Both the position numbers and the translations under genes were made by a program. A DNA stretch of 64,000 bases from Octopus vulgaris (taxonomy: Eukaryota). The notes below the pieces were generated by a model that was given only the letters and a program-made list of their open reading frames with translations, had not been told where the DNA came from and did not search any database. Each line of letters begins with the position of its first letter. The stretch's first letter is position 1. The DNA lies in the NCBI GenBank assembly GCA_951406725.2, contig OX597817.1, positions 99,820,001 to 99,884,000 on the forward strand, written 5' to 3'. Below, piece by piece: positions 25,230-36,283 of this stretch.

Positions 25230-25485
25230 CTTGAGAAGACTCATCAAGTCAAGTGAAACCATAGTTGTGGTCAGTGCCATTGACGCATAAAAGTACCAGT
25301 GCTGCTGACACAAAGAGCACCCACTCTCCCTTGGAATGGTTGGTGTTAGGAAGGGCATCCAGTTGTATAAACCGAGCTAAAGTCAGACTGGATCCTGGTG
25401 CAGCTCACTGGCTTGCCAGTTCTAATGAAACTGTCTAACCCATGCCAGCATATAAAGTGGACATTAAATGAAGATATGATGATGC
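25230..25485 (+). mobile_element. RTE 3' tail fragment
   Basis: ggttggtgttaggaagggcatccag...catgccagcat...gatgatg. Confidence 0.7.
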
Positions 25486-27027
25486 AGCTTTATATACTGT
25501 TAAATGTGCAATAGTGGAGTATGGGAGCTAAATGTGATTTGAATATTGAGCCCAAATTCTTAAGGTAATGTGTTGTATATTAAAGCACATCATCAAGCAT
25601 GTCTGCATGCATGGCATACATACATATGTATCACTCACAAGGTATTAGTCAACTTTCAACTATAGTACAGGACACTAGAGAATAACCACCACACACAGAC
25701 TAAAACTTCAACAGTAGTATAGATCATTTGACCCTGGTTCTGTGACCCTCCTGTCATATTACCCTAAAATTTAACAGTGAAACAACCCAATCACTTCCAT
25801 TTACTTATTCTATATGAATTACTATAAATGATGTATTTTTAGCTTCTGAACATCATTAATATTCAGAAATTAGGAGAGATCTGAAAATGGAATCATGTTA
25901 TGTAAAGAGTTTATGGGAAAAAATGAAATACAGGAAAATGAAAACAAATTTTTAAAATTCAATAGAATAATTGATGTCATATCATACAGGGCGAAACATA
26001 TTAGTTTTACATGTTGTAACAAGTTATACTAGAAAACATAATTTAATGTAGCACATGATAATGAACGAGGTACATAGATATGACGTCATGGGCTGGAATA
26101 CTCTACATTATTAAAATAACATGCAATGCAGTAAATGACATAAAATGCTGCATGAGACAATGTGACATATGTAATATGGTGCATGAGATATTCAAATGAT
26201 TTTGATGATAGAAGGTAGTAAATGATGCTGATGCAATGTGATACATGATATAAATTATCAAAAGTGGTGATATATATTTTGATGTAGTGTGATGAATAAA
26301 ATGAAAAGTAGTACAAAGTATGATAAGGTATATGATAAAATGGGATGTATTGAATAAATTTGGCATGTGAAGTAATGTTGCATGTAACATGGCAGTGAAT
26401 ATAAAGTCTTTTGAAACAGAGTTCTCTTTTTTTCTTTTGGGGCTTTATTAAGAATACTATAGAAAAAGCTAACATGAAGAGTTTACAGCATGAAAGAGCT
26501 TTTCCAGTCTAATACAGTTTTCAGAAGGGAATTACTAGTTATAAAAATAAAAGAACATACAGATGTATTGATATAAACATAATACAAAGAATTAATATTT
26601 TTAGCAACAAGCTGACAAAAGCAGGCACAAAATTAGCATGAATTAAACCTTTAATAAATTTATTAATAAAAAAAAATTCAAGAAAAGACAAATTTTGCTT
26701 TGAAAGACTGCTGGTGGGTGAATTTTTAAACACAGCAACTATATCATTGAAAATAATATGAAATGTTATACCAAAGTTCAGGAATAAATGGAGTTTCCTT
26801 TTCTTTGCATGATATGTTGAAGTGCTAAGATTGTTCCATTTCAAAAAGAAAAAGAATTTCATGTTTTTTTGTTTTTTTTTCACTAATGAAAGGCTTTTAT
26901 TTATACAACTGCAGACCTACATTCTGCTCCAAGTCACTTTTCTCCATGATTCAACCAACAGAAAATTTTAATTTATACAACTGACCATTGCCATATGTCC
27001 AAATGTGGTTGAAATGGATCTTTTTAT

Positions 27028-27250
27028 TTATACAACAGCAGCACTGCACCCAGCACGAGGAATAATCATGCTGCTAATATATGTCCATTGATCTGTGTCA
27101 GGATCATACATCTCAGCAGTTCGTAGGCGACAAGATCCATCAAAACCTCCTAATACATATATTCGTCCATCAAATACTGTGACCCCAGGCCAAGCTCTTG
27201 ACGTATTCATTGATGCAATGTTGTTCCACTGTCGAGTAACGGTATTGTAT
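27028..27250 (-). CDS. Kelch-repeat (KLHL-like) protein, last coding exon
   Basis: AG acceptor 27252-27251, phase 2; RYNTVTRQWNNIASMNTSRAWPGVTVFDGRIYVLGGFDG...AEMYDPDTDQW...AAVV*. Confidence 0.92.
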
Positions 27251-28700
27251 CTTCAAAAATAAAATAACAAATGAATAAAACTGTGAAGGATATTTTAATT
27301 GAATTTTAATATATGGGAAACAGAATACAGGCATATTGGGAAACTTAACAACTTTGAAAATCTATTCTGCAGTCATATAAATATTAGTTTTTTTGTATAG
27401 ATTAAAAATTCTTTCTTCTCATAGTTTTTTGCAGTAGAGTTTATGATATATGAAAGATACAGGCTAATTTTATGACTACATTATAATGTGTTACTTGATG
27501 TTACTGGCAGATGAGTCACTATCTAAATACGTTTCATGATAAATGAATTAAAAATTACAGACCATTTTTTTACAACTAACTCTACTTACTTTCTTGGATC
27601 TCCTAGCAAAATCGTTCATCTGCAGTCTAAGTCCTTTTCTTTCACTTGGAAGTTCCTTGTTAGACTGCTCTGTTGCAATGTGTGAGGTACAATACTCAAG
27701 TAAAAAATGAGCAGAAACGGTAAAAGCTGATCTCAAAAGGCTGCACCTCACAAAAGATGACAAAGGACTGACTGCAATAAGCAGACAGATGCCATATGCT
27801 GGAGAAGACCAGCCAAGCTACGCAAGCATTGAAAAAATGTAAAATAACAATGATGATGATGAACCAGAAAACAATTTAAATATAATGCCAGTGGAATTGA
27901 TAGGATATCAGTTGTGGGTTTTTCATGAACAGAAGGCAGATGGAAATCATACTTCATGTAAATATATAAGATATACTGTTTTTCACCCACCAGTCAAGCT
28001 GACAGACTGTCTCTGTACATATAACCTCTATAGTAGATATAATAATTCTACTTATCATTGCGTTAGTAAGGTTTTCACATGATTAGAGAAAAAGAGGGAG
28101 GGAGAAGTGTCCATGACAAGAGGTAGAAGGAATGTAATTATAATGCTTTCACGTGATTAGTTGAAGAGAAAGAGAGGAGAGAGAAAAACAGAATAAAGCA
28201 AAGAGTGAGACAGAAAGAGGGAGAAAGAAAAGAGAGAGAGAAAAAGAGGGAGAAAGAAAAAAGAGAAAGAAAAAGAGGGAGAGAGAAGCGTCCATGATGT
28301 GAGGTAGAGGGAACATAATAATTTTAGCAGAGGGGTTATGTTTTGATGGTGAGGTTAATGCTTATAGGAAAAATGAAAAAATAAGAGTGAATATTTATTT
28401 TTTGAGTGCTGTGTATTAAGTCTATAAAATTGTGCATAACGTATATAAAGTGTATATATAGAGTGGATTAAGTAATTATCGTATTCCAATTTCTTTCACT
28501 TTTCAATGAGTAGCAGATGTGTGACTATCTTCCCATACAGACACAACACAGGCGACGCTTTCAGGTATTTTGGATAAAGTTTTCAGAAATAAATAACCCA
28601 ATAGGTTTACCATTAATTTCATAAAAATTTTCAAGGGTCCTGCTAGTATAATATAAGCAGGGCTATTTTAGCTATTTTCTGTAGATTGAAAAAATGAACA

Positions 28701-28743
28701 ACCTTAATTGATTTTCAAATCTTATTGGATTCTCATCAGAGGC
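28701..28743 (-). ncRNA. Minimal type I hammerhead-like motif, partly decayed
   Basis: Minus strand: gcct-CTGATGA-gaatc-caataa-gattt-GAAA-atcaat-TA-aggt. Confidence 0.55.
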
Positions 28744-28965
28744 ATCTACATCAATTTGACTGATCCCAGCTGTTAATTTGCAATGTTGTTTGTGGTTCTG
28801 ATTTGTCTATATTAGTAAAATATTAAAGACAGAAAATACTGGTTATCTCTATATCAATAGACTAAGAGTGAGTGCATTATGCTGTCCCATGGTTAGTTGA
28901 AGGGAGAGGTGAAGAGGAAAAGAAAAAGAGAGAAAGAAAAGTGTTGATGTGATATAGGGAGAAAG

Positions 28966-29569
28966 GGATCTTTTCCTTTTGAACGGCAGACAATTTCTAG
29001 TTAACTAAACACTTTAAAACTTCGTATACTGGTAGAATGTGTCAAAATAAAACATTTTTTCTCTTGGCTTTCTTGAGAAAATTGTAATTTGTTTGTTTAA
29101 CGTAGTTTAATTTTTCGAATTTTAACCAATCCTATGCTCTTTTGAGCTAAAATCATTTGCTGCGTCTAAAACTGAGACAACATCCTGTAACTAACCCTAA
29201 ACCTCCCCCTAACCCTAACCCTAATTTTTTTTTCTTAATTGTTAAATTAATTTAATTGTTACGCGTGTAAAAAAAACTAAAGCAATGGAATTAAATTAAT
29301 TTAACAATTAAGAAAAAAAAAGTTATGGTTAGGGGGGAGGTTTAGGGTTAGTTACAGGATGTTGTCTCAGTTTTAGATGCAGCAAATGATTTTAGTTGAA
29401 TGGAGGTAATCGATTGGTTAAAATTGCCGAAATGCAAGTTATAGAATTTTCTCAATAAAACCAAGAGAAAATGATGTTTTATAAACACATTCTACCAGTA
29501 TACGAAGTTTAAAAGTGTTTAGTTAATTAGAAATTGTGTTGACATCTGCCGTTCAAATGGAAAAAATCC
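28966..29569. mobile_element. ~600-bp foldback MITE with internal TTAGGG-like repeats
   Basis: Almost wholly self-complementary (GGAT...ATCC); taaccc repeats in the left arm, ggttag in the right; possible degenerate 8-bp TSD ggagaaag/agagaatg. Confidence 0.85.
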
Positions 29570-30216
29570 AGAGAATGTAATAGTTATGCTAAGATCAAAT
29601 GTGTGACGCTGTCACATGGTTAGTTCAAGGGACAGAGAAGAGTGTTAGTGCTGAGAGGCAAAAGAAAGGAATTATTATTATGTTGTGTGATTAGTTAGTT
29701 GAAGAAAGAAGTAGAAAAAGAGAAATATAAACATGGGACATTTGGTATAGATGAAGTGAGAGGCAAAGAGAATGAGTGAGTGAGTGAGTGAATGAATGTT
29801 GATTAAAAGGAACACATGAGTGGAAAGCAGTTACATGATTTCAATGTTGTGTAATATTGTGACAGACAATAAAAATAAAAGTTTATTTGTTGTTACAAAT
29901 TTTAATGTTCAACTGTTTGTGTATCTTCAATCCGGCAATGTATTAATGTGGATAGATAGACTCATTGACGGATAGAAAATAGAAAAACAGTTGGCAAGAT
30001 ATATCAGCCCATAGCTAAATCAAGGTGAAATAACATTAGCAGATAGCTGCAGATGTTACTTTTACCTTTTTATGTGTCACAGCCCAAAGGCTGAGGCCAT
30101 GTTGGGGCACCACAATTATTAAATTTTTTTTTTTACTCATCTTATGGTTCGAGTAAACAGTTACTTATATTGACAGAAATGTAAGTAGAATATGACAGAC
30201 AGATTGACTGACTGAC

Positions 30217-30258
<42 letters not shown>

Positions 30259-30534
30259 CCCCTTCAATACCAACTTGTGGATTTTTACATCTGAAGAATC
30301 AAATGTTTCAGAAAAATATGCAATTTCATCATACAATTTTTAAAATAACTGTAGAATGTCCATGGGTGCAGCTAGTAGTAATTAACAGCATAACAGAAAA
30401 TACCCACTAATATAGATATTCTTCATTAAGCTTCCAATATAACTTCAAGTAAAAATCCTACACCTCACTTTTTGGAGATACGTAGAAAATTCTTTAAGCT
30501 TAAACTTTGTTAAAAAACCTGTAAAATACCATAC

Positions 30535-30727
30535 CTTTCAACAATATCAAAATAACGATCTGTATGCCGACAGCGTCCCCCAAAAGCATAAATATAATGG
30601 TCTATTGCCATGAGCACTAGTCCTGAACGTGGTTTCTCCATTTCTGCAACTAATGTCCATTCTTCGGTTTCAGGATCAAAACATTCAACACTTGCCCTAT
30701 CCATGTGCAAAGATTTGTCATAACCTC
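30535..30727 (-). CDS. Kelch-repeat protein, penultimate exon
   Basis: ttacag acceptor (30728), GT donor (30534), phase 1 to 2; GGYDKSLHMDRASVECFDPETEEWTLVAEMEKPRSG...IYAFGG...VER. Confidence 0.92.
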
Positions 30728-30785
30728 CTGTAAACAGAAAACAAGAAATCTCAATGGCAGTATTAGTAAAAAATTCATCTTTTAA

Positions 30786-31923
30786 CCCTTTACCATTCAG
30801 ATTATTCTGTCAAATATAATGCATATTTATTCACTGGCACAAAATTCAGAGAGATCCTACCCCTGCTGGCAACAAAGGGCCTCTCTCACAGAGTGAGAGG
30901 CAGATTGTTTGATACTTGTGTGCAAACAGCTATGCTGCATGGCAGTGAAACATGGGCTGTGACAGCTGAAGACATGCATAGGCTTATAAGAAATGAAGCC
31001 AGGATGCTCCTCTGGATATGCAATGTCAGTGTGCATGTACAACAGAGTGTAAGCATCTTGAGAGAAAAGTAGGGTATAAAAGGCATCAGATGTGTGCAAG
31101 AGACAACTTTGTTGGTACAGTCATGTGACGCGTATGGTTGAGGAGAGCTGTGTAAAGAAGTGCTGATCTCTAAATGTGGAGGGAACTTGTGGTAGATGTA
31201 GATCCAGGAAGACATGGAATGAGGTGGTGAAGCATGATCTTCGAACTTTGAGCCTCACAGAAGCAATGACTAATGACCAAAACCTTTGGCAATGTGCTGT
31301 GCTTGAGAGAAGCCATCAAGCCAAGTGCACCGGTGCTGGTGGCATGTAAAGAACACCTTTCAAGCGTTGGGCTTCACAGAGGCAAAGTAGTTGAGTTCCT
31401 TTCGAGTGTTGAGTCTTACAGAGGCAATGACCGAGACCTTTGGCATTATGTTGTGCTTGAGAAGACCCATCAAGCCGAGCAAAATCACAGCCGTGGCAGA
31501 TACCAGTGTCACACAAATTGGCACCTAAAAGCACCCTGGTGTCACATAAATGGCACCTAAAATCACCCTGGTGTCACACAAATGGCACCTGTGCCAGTAG
31601 CATTACACTCTTGGAGTGGTTGGCATTAGGAAGGACATCCAGCTGTAGATAACCATGCCAAATCAGACCGGAGTCTGGTGCAGCCTTCCAGCATGCCAGC
31701 CCAGTCAAACTGTTCAACCCATGCCAGCATGGACAACGGACATTAAATGATGATGGTTTTGAAATCATCATACCTTACCTCATACTTTAGAAATTTCAAA
31801 GATGTCATTCACTATTTTTAGAATGATGTTGTAGGGTAGGTGTGAGAGGCCAGATCTGGCTGGTTTGAACATAAAACAGGTAGAAAATTTGGGCCAGATA
31901 TGGCCAGCTTAAATGCTAAAGGG
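30786..31923. mobile_element. Non-autonomous piggyBac-type element interrupted by an RTE fragment
   Basis: TTAA-ccctttacca ... tgctaaaggg-TTAA. Confidence 0.7.
30835..31755 (+). mobile_element. 5'-truncated RTE LINE (C-terminus plus 3' UTR)
   Basis: Homologous to 22495-23634 (TAMLHGSETWAVTAED); 32-bp triplication at ~31506-31590. Confidence 0.85.
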
Positions 31924-32619
31924 TTAAATCTACCACATTAACCAGTTAGATTAAAAAGTAGTCATGATATAAAAGCTAAGAACTATTATTCAACTTTAAT
32001 CAAAGAGCAATGAAAAGAAAATATAAAGCTGGAGAAAAAGAAAACAGTTATTTTTTGAGATATTCTACCTGTCATTAATTTAAAAAAAATATATTTTGAT
32101 GTTTTTCCAACATGAGTGGGATTTCAGCAATTGGTTTTAACACTAGATGCTCATCCTACAACTCATTTGTGAAGCAAGGACTGGGAAATCATTTTTTGCC
32201 TGTCAATCGAACTTAAGGAACAACATGATTGTATTAAGTAATTAGATTTGACATAAAAACCATGTAAGTGATAGACTAGTACAGATCACAAATGGTTTTC
32301 TGAATGGTTAAGTGTAGCCTTCAGAAAGAAGTCCAACATGTGAGAAAAACAATATATTGGAATATAAATTTAAAGCTTATCATTTCAACTAACTTAAATT
32401 TTAGAAATACCGATTTATATTTCTTTAACCGCACATGTATTTAAAGTAACTGGAATTGTGTTTAAAACAGAAATCCAAAGACATTTTTATGCAAAAATGA
32501 AATTTTCTTTAATATTACAGTGGGAATGCCCATTCTGAAACTTTGGTTTTCACAATTTAAGTTTTTATGAATAATTATATTTTATAAAATATTAAGTTTA
32601 GCAAATAAAAATGTTTAAG

Positions 32620-32945
32620 CACATGGTTCCAGGTTCAGTCCCACTGCATGGCACCTTTAGTGTCTTCTCAGGCTGAGCAAAGACTTGAGTGGATTTGGTA
32701 GATGAAAACTGAAAAAAGCTTGTTGTGTATATACATATGTGTGTGTGTGTGAATCTTTGTGTCTGTTTGTCCCCCAAATGGTGTTGGTTTGTTTACATCC
32801 CTGCAACTTAGTGGTTTGACAAAAGAAACTAACAGAATAAGTACCAGACTTTAAAAAAACTACTGAGTTGATTCATTCAACTAAGAACTCTTTGAGGCAG
32901 TGCCCCAATATGGCCACAGTCTAATGGCTGAAACAAGTTAAAAAT
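32620..32945 (+). mobile_element. SINE family A, 5'-truncated
   Basis: catggttccaggttcagtcccactgcatggcacc...; family A tail. Confidence 0.75.
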
Positions 32946-32949
32946 ACGA

Positions 32950-33600
32950 ACCCTTTCTCAGCCTTCATTCTTTCTGGTTTCCTTTTCTTCTACCTTACTG
33001 TCTCTCCCTCTCTCTCTCTCATTCTTCATTCTTTCTGGTTTCCTCACAACCATTCCTTTTTTTTCTCTCCCTTTCTCTTGCTCTTCCTCCTCCCTCCCGT
33101 CGTTGACCCACAACGAGAGCTCTGCTACTGCTTTTTTGACCTGGCTTCCTTGAAGTGTTGACGGCATTTTCTGTTGTTCCTTCGCCGTTCTCAAAAATAG
33201 CGTTCGTAATACTTTATCTCGTTCGGCTTAACAGCCCTTCTTATCTTGTTATTCTCCTTGTCCTGTCTTTTACTGTTTATATTTTGTACTGTCGTTACTG
33301 TCCTGTTTTTGTTACCATTTTTACCCCTCCGCAAAAAGATCTCAAATTTTATTTAATTTGCTTTTCGCGGGAAGGAAAGTTTCTACCGAAGATGCGTATC
33401 GCCTTCACCTTCGAAACGCAGAGTAGATGAAACCATGGCGACTGAAGAAGGGGAATTTTCCTTGTGTTATTTGTCCTGTACTCTATTTTTTCGTTGTTTA
33501 AGAAAAATGTCCAGTTCCTTGGTTTTGTGTTTATGTTTTCGTTTCTCATTGTATTTGACGTTTTTTTGGTGTCCTGTACCCATATATGCATGTACATATA
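32950..33600 (+). mobile_element. Non-coding hammerhead-bearing retroelement (copy A)
   Basis: Pyrimidine-rich body, hammerhead core, tail shared with 23728-23850, then (TA)-rich microsatellite. Confidence 0.65.
33379..33453 (+). ncRNA. Candidate non-circularly permuted hammerhead ribozyme (copy A)
   Basis: tgcGTA-tcgcc-ttca-ccttc-GAAAcgca...ggcga-CTGAAGA-agggg. Confidence 0.65.
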
Positions 33601-34111
33601 CATGCAGAGGTAGGTACGTACATATATGTATGTATATATGCATGTGTTTTATATATATATTTATATATTTATATATACATATTTATATATTTATATATAC
33701 ATAAATGGCGGTGCCCCAGCATGGCCACAGCTCATAAGCTGAAACTAGAATCAATCAATCAATCAATCAATACATAAATATAAGAGAGAGAGAGAGAATT
33801 AAGGTAAGGTAACTGCTATGCTAATGACATCTGTTGAAATATAAATACATATCCATAAGTGTCCTCTTGCTTCCAAACAGACTGTCTTTTTCTTAATAAC
33901 AAGTCAATTTTGGAGAATTCTTAAGATTACCGCCCCTTCTCATTTGGAGCTGTACCCAACTGCCACCAACTGATTGTTCTACCTTCCCTGAGATTGGAGA
34001 TAATGTCAATAAATCAAGAAACCATTTGATTTTCAGGTGAGGAAGTTAGTTGATACCACTGACCCCAATACTATATTTAATTACCCCAAAAAAGTGAAAC
34101 AGTAAAGCTAT

Positions 34112-34762
34112 CATCATTATCATCATTTACTGTCCATTTTCCATTCTGGCATGGATTGGATGGTTTGATAGGAGCTGGTAAGACCAGGTTGCATTGTTTC
34201 TTTTGGCATAGTTTCTACAGCATGGTTTCCTAAAGCCAACCACTTCAGAGTGTGCTGGCTGTTTTTTACATGGCACCAACACCAATAGGGCTGCCAAATA
34301 TCTTGCAAGTCAAAAAAAAAAAAAGCTAAAAACACCTCAACTGGGAGTGGGGGTAAATATTGGCAGGGTGGCTTTGTGCTAGTTGAGGGATTAAAGGTAT
34401 AAAGGGTCAAAGATAGCTGTCTTGCTGTAGATACATAGATTATCCAATTGGAAGGGAAAGCAAAGTGAGTTAGAGAGTAAGATACAAAAACGATAGCAAT
34501 AGTGAGAGAGACATGCCAAATATATGTTGGAACATACCCTCAAGGGACTTTGTGGGTTGTGAAAGTAAGTGAAGTGACACTGAAGTTTGGACTAGGCGAG
34601 TGGGCAGGATAGAAGTGATTATAGTAAATGATGGAGAGAAACTTAGGAGAGACTTGGGGACAGGGGTCGCAGTAGATATGTAAGGGCATTGTAGGTGACA
34701 GTGGATAAGGGAGGTGTTAATGTTGGAGAACAGCACAGCAGGGAAAAGTCACAGAAAGGAGG
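34112..34762 (-). mobile_element. RTE 3' UTR/tail, left part of an element split by the Gypsy insertion
   Basis: RTE tail reverse complement at 34112-34280; purine-rich body continues at 40019. Confidence 0.65.
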
Positions 34763-35173
34763 TGTAGTGATGCTACTGTGTAGGGTTCAGCGCGCATGCG
34801 CAGAATGGGACTACTTCCGGGTGGCCACCGGAAGTCTTCCCCATGCGCATGTGCGGGAAACGATCCCTTAGGCCCGCTAAACTCAATTCTCTCTCTCTGG
34901 CAGACAGCCAACGCGAACAGACGTGCATTTCGTAGACTCTGATAACCTCACCGACTTAGCCGCGAACGACATCGAACCACTTCAACAAACGAACAAGAAG
35001 CTGTGCATCAGAGGCTGTCGTTCTCCCATCAGATATATGTACGCCATCGCAATTAATAAACAAACTGCTGTCTTTCACCTATAACCTGACTTCGTCTGTT
35101 ATGTCTTACTAAATTGTATGTGACGGGATCGGATCGACACCCTTTCAGTGATACCGATACAGATCCTGTTACA
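34763..35173 (+). repeat. 5' LTR
   Basis: TG...CA; ~5 differences by eye from 39608-40018; contains AATAAA. Confidence 0.95.
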
Positions 35174-35175
35174 AT

Positions 35176-35185
35176 TGGTGACCCC
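35176..35185 (+). promoter_or_regulatory. Primer-binding site (tRNA-Trp-type)
   Basis: TGGTGACCCC 2 nt after the LTR; same motif at 41770. Confidence 0.75.
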
Positions 35186-35464
35186 AAGCTGAAAAAAAAA
35201 AAGAACAGAAGACGCAGCGAACAGGTTTTGCCAGATAGAGCACTGAACATTCATTTTTCTTCTCCTTTTCAGGACGGCGAGGTGGGTACAAACAAAAGCT
35301 TATTCATCGCACTCAGTACACTGAAAAAAAAAAAAAAAGAAAACACACACACATTATTTTTTTTCTTTTCTGTACCTTGTTTTCCTTTGTGCACACACAC
35401 ACTTATTTTTTACTACCCACGAGGTACACACACACCAGTACACAAAACACCATTTTGATTTGCT

Positions 35465-36283
35465 TTGTCGGTTCCACGTGTTCTCTCTCCATTTCTCGAT
35501 CATACCTTCTGCCCCTTTCTGACAGACGATCCTTCCGACAAAAACAGGGCTTCAGGTTTGCCTTCATTCACGGGGGATGCGGGGCTGTGGCTTGCCCAGG
35601 TGGAATCCCATTTTGCCGCGCATGCCATTCCTCCACAACAGCAGTTACATCTGCTGTACTCAAGTCTGCCTTCCCGACTCGCCACATCGGTCAGGGATCT
35701 CATTATGAGTCCCCACCCTGACGCCACATATGCGTCAGTAAAGGTAGAAATCCTCCGCCGCAACACGCGGTCGGAGGAAAGTCAGTTCAATGAGCTGATG
35801 GCTGATGAGCAGTTGGGGGACAGGACTCCATCCCAGTTCCTGCGCCATCTAAGGGAGCTCAGCGGCAACGCAGCGGACGCGCCACTCTTACGAAAAATAT
35901 TCTTTTCCAGGTTGCCTGCCCACGTGCAGACAATGTTGGCCACGGCACTGGAATCTGTGTCTGTGGACCAGATCGCCACGATGGCCGACAAAGTATTAGA
36001 GTTTTCGCGACCATCTCCCTCGCGGGGCCTGTACGCATGTACAGAGCCCCCTCCGACACCTCCGACGAACGATAAACTAGCCGAGAAGATCGATGCGCTT
36101 ACGCAGAGAATCGATGATCTGTGCCGTGCAATCGGGCGCCAACCTCGTAGTCGCAGTGGCTCTATTTCCCGTAGTCAGAGTAATTCTGTTTCTCGTTCCG
36201 GCTGGTGCTGGTACCATTCAAAGTATGCTGAAAAGGCAGATCGGTGTACCCAGCCGTGCACTTTCCAGCCCTCGGAAAACTAA
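35465..36283 (+). CDS. gag: Gypsy gag
   Basis: LPSF...LWLAQVESHF, LGDRTPSQFLRHLREL, CWYH...C...C; true start uncertain. Confidence 0.85.
   Translation: MSVPRVLSPFLDHTFCPFLTDDPSDKNRASGLPSFTGDAGLWLAQVESHFAAHAIPPQQQLHLLYSSLPSRLATSVRDLIMSPHPDATYASVKVEILRRNTRSEESQFNELMADEQLGDRTPSQFLRHLRELSGNAADAPLLRKIFFSRLPAHVQTMLATALESVSVDQIATMADKVLEFSRPSPSRGLYACTEPPPTPPTNDKLAEKIDALTQRIDDLCRAIGRQPRSRSGSISRSQSNSVSRSGWCWYHSKYAEKADRCTQPCTFQPSEN

Noticed and set aside
26050-26410. ORFs 26086-26475 and 26103-26390
   Set aside because: Low-complexity ATG/TGA-rich sequence with no protein motifs
28010-30376. Two possible Helitron-like elements ending in CTAG near 28645 and 30373
   Set aside because: Terminal hairpins and 5' ends too degraded to call
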